Assembly (NCBI GenBank): GCA_001724265.1
Contig: MEDY01000270.1
Location: 1-42,102, forward strand
Length of the DNA stretch: 42,102 nucleotides
Source: Rhizaria sp. SCN 62-66
Taxonomy: Eukaryota
Reading direction: 5' to 3'
Of this stretch, positions 34,822-42,102 are shown one piece after another (position 1 is the first letter of the stretch; the number at the start of each line of letters is the position of its first letter). Below the pieces are notes generated by a model. It saw only the letters and a program-made list of their open reading frames with translations. It ran no database searches and was not told the DNA's origin. The translations under genes were made by a program, and so were the position numbers.

Positions 34822-35235
34822 GGCTCTAGTGGTGGCCGCGGCCGCGAAATGAACGACGGTGATTACAGCGGCGGCAGCAACTACGCGTACCAGCAGCAGC
34901 AACAGCAGCAACAGCAACAGCAACAACAGCAGCAGATGTACCGCCAGCAGCAGCAGGCCGCCGCGGCGCAGGCGCAGGCGCAGGCGCAGGCCGCCGCCGC
35001 CGCCGCCGCCGCTGCCCACGCCGGCGCCAACGGATCGGGCGGCGGCGGTGCTGCTGAGGTGTATTGCTTCTGCGGGAACGACTCTTCCGTGGCTGATGAT
35101 ATGATGATCGGCTGTGACAACGATGAATGCCGCATCCAGTGGTTTCACCTGGCGTGTGTGGGGCTCAAGAAGGCGCCGGTGGGCGCGTGGTACTGCCGCG
35201 AATGCACCAACCAGGGAACCTACGACCGCGCGTGA
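33734..35235 (+). CDS. ING-family (inhibitor of growth) PHD finger protein
   Basis: Exons 33734-33773, 33870-34006 and 34192-35235. N-terminal YLELYLD..LPNDFMRNMALV..LD and EKI..LDEDL; C-terminal PHD YCFC..MIGCDNDECRIQWFHLACVGL..GAWYCREC; poly-Q/G/A linker. Confidence 0.93.
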
Positions 35236-35671
35236 TGTGAAAGCATGTGCGACGACGACGTATTCATTACCCTGGCTGCTCGCTGTGTCGACGTCATCCG
35301 GCGTTATAGTCTGCCAACTCCGGCGTCACAATATCGGCAGCAGGCCTGTTTATTTCTTTCTTTTATCTAGTTTCACTTTGTTCACGTGCCCATTTTCAGG
35401 GCAAGGCAAAGCCAATGGTCGTTTAGCTTGACCATCGCAATGGACATGTTTCGCTTTACGGTATGCATTACTGATCCTGTTGTTCTCAGTACATCATACT
35501 CGAACATCTTCACTGTGTCACGATCAATGAGACCGAACCTTCTCTGGTCACATTTCAATGATGATAGTCTAAGGAATTGACATTAGAATCAATGTGTTTA
35601 TTCTTCAAAAATAACGACTTTCTATACATCTGTGTACATTAATATTCATTCTACTGACCTTCAGCCAGGAG

Positions 35672-35732
35672 TAGAAATCCCGGGTTTCAAGACACCTTTT
35701 TACAACACAAAAACTGAAACCCGGGATTTCTA
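35672..35732. repeat. Perfect 18-bp inverted repeat with 25-bp spacer (MITE-like remnant)
   Basis: TAGAAATCCCGGGTTTCA (35672-35689) and TGAAACCCGGGATTTCTA (35715-35732) are exact reverse complements. Confidence 0.9.
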
Positions 35733-35848
35733 TGACTGACTTTACAATTTGGACTCTATCTATAGTGAACAAGATTGCGTGTCGAACTTGGACTCAGTCC
35801 AATTGCGTTCTTTGTCTCCTGCTTGCTCGACTCACACAGAGAGTGTGC

Positions 35849-38396
35849 TCACATCTCCACCTCGGCCTCTGCGCGGTGGCAACTCGCAGTTACACAGAGG
35901 AAGCGCGCCTTATGCGGCGCACAGTACGTATGCAAAAACGTCAACAAGTGGTCTACAGGTGCCTTTTCGCCCTCGATCAGGACGTCGACGCGGTACGTCG
36001 GCACGGCGATGCCGTTGACCGTGAGCGCGGACGATACGTTCTCCTCGTCGACGATGACCGTCTCCTCAACATCGCCCATCGGCGACTTCATGTACTTGAA
36101 GCGCATGACGCCGAGGCGCTGGAGCACGTGACGCGCGACACGGTCACAGCGCAGACGCAGACGCGGAGTGGTGACGAGACCGACGTCAGAGTACCGGAGG
36201 TCGACGGGGTCGGGCAGGTTCGCGGAGTTGAAGATCGCGCTCAGGTGGTTCGGCAAAGAGCCGTTCAGCGTCAGCTAAGAAGCAAGGAATAACGAGAGAC
36301 GAAAAAAGAGAGAGCGAGCGTTCAATAACAGAGGCGAAGAGCATGTTAGTGAGCATGTTAGTGAGCATGTTAGTGAGCATGTTAGTGAGTCTACGTGAGA
36401 TAGGCAGTCAAAAAAGTCATTGAGAAGATAAAAACTGCAAATTATCACAACAGATCAGATCATTCAACATTGATTGAGTGGAGTTAGATCATAATTGCGC
36501 AAATTATAGCGTACGTTAAGGAATCCTGCGTAGCAGACGTATTCGCGGGTGACGACGGGCTTCGCGAAGTACGGCTCGGTGATCTTGCAGCGCGCCTCGT
36601 AAATGATGCGCTTGGTCGACACACGGTGGCCTAGCACGCCGCCGCCGAGCGCCTTGAGCGGCAGTGGCTCGGGAACGTAGACGATCGAGTCGTACTCGTC
36701 GCTGCCGGCGTAGTTGAGACGGATGATGGGTAAACGGCCGTCCTTGACCTTGTCGCTGTTAATGCGCGTGTAGAAGCTGTTGTGCGGCTGGATCTTCTTG
36801 AAGAGCACTTCGGCGCCGTAGCGGGAGTAGATCTCACACGTCGCGTCGAAAATCTCGCAGATGGCTTGGAGATCCAGGTGGTCCGCGAGGGCGGCGTAGT
36901 CCGAGTCGCGCATCGCCATGGACTTGACGCGGAGATAGTACTCAAAGTCGATGTCAACAAACTGCTCAAAGTAGTCCTTGTGCTGGATGATGTACTCGTG
37001 GGCGATCTTGCGCACGAACTGCCAGTTATCGGTCGACCCGAAGAGTTGGTGAGAAAGCGCCGAGTACAATGACACGCCGCCACCTTTGGACATGCGGACG
37101 ATGCGACACTTGTTGCGCGTGAAGAGCATGTACTCCCACTCGAGCTGCCGGTGCTCCGCAAGCAAAGACGCGCCGTCGCGCCAGTTGAGCACGTGTCGCT
37201 CGCAAAAGGCGACTTGGTCCTCATCGCGCGGGAAAAAGCCGTTCTCGAATATGCGGACGGGGATGGGGGACGCGGAAGACTCGAGACGGCCGCTCATGGT
37301 CAGGATTCCGGGCTTGAAGTTGTCCGCGCTCTGCTGCGCGTCGAGGTTCGAGTCGGTGTTCAGGTTCAACCGCAGCCAGAAGCCGTTCTTGAACGAGTTC
37401 GCGGCGTAGCCCGAGAGGATGATGCGGCCGAGGTCGAAGAGCGTAGAGCCAACTAGCGGCAGCATTTCACGGAACTCCAAGAAGAACGGGTCCGTCAGCG
37501 GGATGCGGCGCAGGCGGCTTGAGTTCTTGCGCACGTAGATGGGCGGGATGTCGGCCTTGACGCACTTGAGTTTGACGTCGAGCAGGTCTTGCTCCTTCTT
37601 GCGCTTCTCCTCCTGCAGGATTTGCACGCGCTGCCCGTGCGTGGCCTTGCGCATGATGCGCGAGCGCAGCGCAGCCTGCTGTGCCGTCAGCTCGGCCGGC
37701 TTGTACTCGGCCATGACTTCGATATACTTGTCCCAGTCCATGGGCCGGAAGATGTAATAGAACGCCTCGGCGCCGACAACGATGCCACGCACCCAGCGAC
37801 CGGACGACGGATCATAGCACTCGGCCTCGGAAGACGGGGTGAAGATCTGCACCGGGTACCCCACGGTCTGGATGCGTTGGATGTGCGGGTTGAAAGGCTC
37901 CGGCGCGGGCGCAATGTTTAACACCTATTCATAAATCGAGGCACAAAGAATAGAAACATAGGAAGGCTTGGTGCGTGAGATATACATTCGTGAAAATGAT
38001 TGCAAAATAGTTGTTTCAATGCGTCCGTTAAGTATTATCCAGATTTGGGTTGATCTTTGCCTCTAATGGATCTAAGTTAATGTGTTTCATGTCGTTGTTG
38101 AAACGTACGAAGTCTGTGGTTGCGAACTGCTGCTCGGACAGGAAATAGCGTGCCCAGCGAATGGACATACGCGGGGACATGCCCTTCTCTTCCAGCAGCT
38201 CGAGCAGCCACGCGCGCTGCACGGTGCCCGAGATGGGGTGCTGCGCATTGACGAGCATGCGGCGGCCGCGGTTGCCGGGCTGTGAGCGCCAACGGTTGTA
38301 GTAGGCCTTGAACGAGGGAACGTCCATGACGTCGTCGAGCCGCAGCGGGCCCGACTGCTGCTCGCCGTAGGACGACTTGGAGGAGCTGCTGCCCAT
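35849..38396 (-). CDS. OTU-like domain protein lacking catalytic residues, predicted N-myristoylated (about 707 aa)
   Basis: Exons 38396-38109, 37924-36515 and 36274-35849, all phase 0 with GTACG donors. Starts MGSSSSK. OTU scaffold: SLYSALSHQLFG..VRK..YI..YFEQFV..FEYY..DHLDLQAI..IRLNY..YDSI. Confidence 0.8.
36339..36389. repeat. 12-bp tandem repeat (GAGCATGTTAGT)x4 in intron 2 of the OTU-like gene
   Basis: Four exact copies at 36339-36386 plus a partial copy. Confidence 0.95.
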
Positions 38397-39306
38397 GGTC
38401 GACGCCGCTCAACTGCGCTGGTCAGCTACGATAGGAAGGCGAAGAAGGCTGTTGGTGGCTTACCACAACAAGAACAGACTCAGCGAGGAGTGCTGGCTGG
38501 TTCTGAGAAGCGTTACACAGTGCAGCGCAGTAACAGCGCCTTGTTAAAACGAGGAGAACGCGCTGGCTCGAGCTGGAGCGGTGCGCTGGCTCTGAGCGCA
38601 GGTGTTTGCAGAGGCCGCCGAGAGAGGCGAGTGAAGGTGTGAAAGGAGCGTGCGCGGGGACGTGTAGAGTCGCGCAAGAGTCACTCAGGGGAATGAGTGC
38701 GTGAGGAGCTAAACAAGTTCAAGGACAGATACGGCGTTATGCGTATGAGCGAGCGTAGACACGCGTAGTTGCGGGACGGAGGCGGATAGTTGGGGGGCGG
38801 GTGTAGTCGGACGATACCTTGTGGGGCCGAGGGGATACAAAAGGAAAGCTCAGATGGGCAGGGCAGACGACAGTTCAAATAAAAAAGTAAACACAAATAC
38901 AAATCTCAACAAGGCGTCTAATAAGCTGGGATAGAAATGACTTGACGCTCAAATATATGCGTGTGACACTGTTCTTTGGCCTCGTCAAATCCCCTTTGTT
39001 TGTCGTTCTTCTCACTCCCGTTCCAAATCGGTCGGTTCGCAAAAAAGCTCGGACTGGCTGTCGCTTTCGTGATGACTAAGGCTAGGATATTGATTTCGCA
39101 CCACGATCCTTCTTTTTCCGACTGTTGTTTTGGCCCAAGACCCATTTGCACAAAGTTGAATTGGTGGATAATTCCCAAATCTATTTCAGTTCATCCGCTT
39201 TACTGCCACATCTATCTTGATTGCTATAGCCCGCTCACCTATGCTCCTTGCCTTTCTCGGTTCTGTCTACCTGATATCTCGTGCACTTAGACCCGCTTCC
39301 CGCCAG

Positions 39307-41699
39307 ATGCGCTTTACCACCCAGCTCCTGGTCGTTGCGGCGCTTTTGTTCGTCGTTGCCAGCGGGATCGTGAATGCTGCTGTGATCCGCACGGCCGCGC
39401 TCGCACCCGTCTCGTCCGAGGCCATCCTCTCCAGCAACGTCCTGCAGTCCGCCGCCTCGGCCGCCACCGTGGACTCTTTCGCCTCGGCTCCCGAGCCGCT
39501 ACTCGCCGCCGTCGCGGGCCTTGTCGCGCTCAACGCTCCCGTCCCGGCCTCTGAGTCTCTGTGCACCGCTGCCGCCGCCGCCGCCAAGGCCCCTGTGTCG
39601 GTCCAGTCGCTTGCCGCCGCGGCCGCTGTTTCCGCCGCGCTCGGGTGCAAGACCCCCGCCGTGTCTGCCGCAGGCCCCTCCGCCGCCGCAGACAAGCTCA
39701 TTGCCGCCGCGCTTGTCAGCGACAACTTTGTCGACGTGTACGCCGCGCTGTCTACCCTGCTCTCTGCCAAGCTCCCTGGCGCCAAGATCGCTGCCTACAC
39801 TGGTGCCGCCGACGCGTTCTCGCTCATCGCCGACCTTGTCATGCCTGACGGCACCACGCGCGCGTCCGCCACGTCCATCGCGTCTTCGGTCGCATCCACT
39901 GGCCTTGCCGCGCAGGTTGTCTTCCCGCTCGTCCAGGCCATGGCGTCCGCCGCGCCCGCCTCTGCCGCCGCCGCCAAGACCGCGCTGGCCAAGGCGCTTC
40001 CCGCTGCCGCGTCGCTGGCCGCGTCCCAGAGCGCCGCCATGCCCGACACCGCGGCCGTGCTCTCGGGCCTCCTCGCCGCGGGCGTGACCGCTGATGCCGC
40101 GGCACTGGCGCAGCTCGCCGCGTCAGTTTCCTCCGCCCAGCACGCTCGCGGTGCGCTCGCGCTCGGTTCCGTGGCCTCCGCGGCCGCCGCACTCGCCGCT
40201 GCGGGCCCCGCCGCGTCGGCCGCTGTTGTCGTGTTCGTTTCCCGCTCGCTCGCGCCCGACGCCGCCGCGCTCACGGTCACCGTAACCGACATCTTGGGCA
40301 AGAAAGTCGCCGCCGACAAAGTGACTGTGAGCCTCAATAGCGACGCCGCCGCCGACCTCACCCCCACGCCCGTGGCCGTGGGCGCCAACGGCGCCGCCGC
40401 GATCCCCGCTCTGGCCTCGGCCCCCGCCGGCGCCCTGCGCGCGACTGTGAAGATGACCGTGGGCGGTCACGACGTCACTGTCACGCGCCGCCTTGTCAAG
40501 ACCGCGGCCGTGACGGCCGCGAGCGCGAGCGTGTACCTGTCCGACAAGAAGGCTGAGGCGGGTTCTGTCGTCGGCGACAAGGCCACCGCCGCCAAGTGGG
40601 GGCAGGGCTTCGCGGCCCCGCTCAAGGCTAACGCCGGCGCCGCCAAGTACCTCCGCGCTGACGTCAGCATCGACGTCAGCGCGCTCGCGCCGTCGGTCGC
40701 AGCCCCCGTCGCCGCGCTGCGCCTTGTGCCCAAGGCGCACCCCGCGCGCGCCGCCGTGTTCCCGCTGCCGCGCAAGCAGGGCAAGTACGCCGCAGCTTAC
40801 GCCCTCGCGCTCCCCACCGTCCAGGTACGCTTTTATCAACAAATGAAGTCATTTTCGTATATTCTTTTCCTAAACGATCAAAACTTTTGTTTCATCAAAA
40901 TCGCTTTTGTTTCTCTTTCTAACAATATGATTTCATTGGTTTATTGTTTGTTGTCTTGCCTTTTTTGTAGTCTCTCCTGTCTGGCGACGGCGAGTACACT
41001 GCGTTCATCGACGTCACTTGCGCTGCCTTCCCCGCCGCCACGCCTACATCCTGGTTCCTCGGCAAGGTTACCTTTACGGGGCTGTCCTCTTACATTGCCC
41101 CCGTCGGCGGCTCCGCCGCCGCGGCCGACTCGGCTCTGCCTGGCAACCTGAGCCACACGTTCGCGCCCCCGCCCACCTCGGCGCCCGCGCTCGTGTCTCT
41201 GGTGTTCGCCCTGGCGGCCGCCGGACTCGCAGCCGCGCTCGCGCTCGTCGTCTCCGCCATCATCACCGGCAACACCAAGGGCGCCGCTGGTAATGGCCCG
41301 CTCGCGTTGTTGCCCACGGTCACCCCGGCGGCGGCGCCGTCCGTGACCGTGTTCGTCGCCGCGCTCGCCGGCGCGATCGGGCTCAACGTGACGTACTGGG
41401 TGCGGCTTAACATCTTCCAGGCGCTGGTGCTTAATGCGGCGGCCGCGGTGCCGCTGCTGTTCTTTGGCCACCGCGCGCTGTCGACCACGTTCGCGGCCAA
41501 CACGCTCGATATCCTGCCTGTCTCCGTTGCCGCCGCCGCCGCCACCGGTGCCTCTGTTGCCGAGGAGGCCTCTGCGCCGCCTGCCTCGGCCGCGGCCGCG
41601 GCTGCGGGTGCTGCAAGCGTGAACGCGAGCAGCGAGGGCCAGAAGAAGGGCGATGGTGTCGTGGAGCGCAAGAAGGACGGCAACAAGAACAAGAAGTAA
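39307..41699 (+). CDS. RPN2: Oligosaccharyltransferase subunit ribophorin II (Swp1/OST-delta)-like, highly divergent
   Basis: Exons 39307-40824 and 40971-41699. Signal peptide; GEYTAFIDV..SWFLG..LSHTFAPP..LVSLVF; three C-terminal hydrophobic segments; YWVRLNIFQAL; FFGHRALS; lysine-rich end NKNKK. Confidence 0.8.
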
Positions 41700-42102
41700 A
41701 TCCGGCACACAAGGCTTTCAGTCGGGTGTGATGAGTATTATTAGAGTCAATTCGTATCAATAGCTTAGCATTATTATCTGCATACATTATTTTGTTGAGA
41801 CATGCTTCATTTTTAAGCATACAGCCGAAGCTGAAGACACATTTAACACAAAAGATAATTCGTATCAGCTTTTGCATCGTTTGCTCGAACATCATTAAAA
41901 CGTATGTTCTCATAGACCTTACGTAAGTGTGTATATGTCCCTCTTGTTGTGACTGGGGTCTCCTCTTTGAAACGTTCAATGATGTTGTCTATCTGTTAAC
42001 GTCGGTGCTCCTGCCTTCACTGTCTTTCGTCGAATTACTTGCCCTTTGAGGATTGCATGCCTCTTTGATTGTCTTGCTGTTCGTCCATTATTAGCGCAAC
42101 AG

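Noticed and set aside
35672-35732. Rho-independent terminator
   Set aside because: Eukaryotic context, 25-nt loop and no U-tract after the stem.
36339-36389. CRISPR array or telomeric repeat
   Set aside because: Direct 12-bp tandem copies without spacers, inside an intron of a eukaryotic gene, with no cas genes nearby.
38028-38396. Separate 122-aa gene upstream of the OTU ORF
   Set aside because: The GTACGT donor at 38108 and acceptor at 37925-37926 join it in frame to the OTU exon, so it is exon 1 of that gene.

Overview
Gene-dense nuclear DNA from a eukaryote, probably a protist (lineage not determinable here). Exons are GC- and Ala-rich; introns and intergenic spacers are short and AT-richer. 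I reconstructed 15 complete genes plus one partial gene by hand, joining exons at GT-AG introns: partial CDS, NAA15, TFIIF-beta, TAM41, PEX11, MOK kinase, a twin-CX9C (Mdm35/TRIAP1-like) protein, CAF-1 large subunit, a PAXBP1/GCFC-like protein, an RRM protein, SPT small subunit, a UPF0390 protein, MRPS9, an ING PHD protein, an OTU-like protein and an RPN2-like protein. All family calls are from recognising motifs, not from database searches. No rRNA, tRNA, CRISPR array or transposase was seen. Main oddities: (1) most start codons sit a few nt downstream of a 3'-splice-acceptor-like signal, usually with no consensus donor upstream (spliced-leader trans-splicing or pervasive 5'UTR introns); (2) one in-frame TAG in the CAF-1 gene, while none of the 16 genes ends in TAG; (3) a strong GTACG donor consensus with no +4A; (4) a predicted myristoylated OTU protein lacking both catalytic residues; (5) a tandem array of branch-point motifs in one intron; (6) a TA-flanked perfect inverted repeat; (7) dispersed 12-16-mers inside coding DNA.
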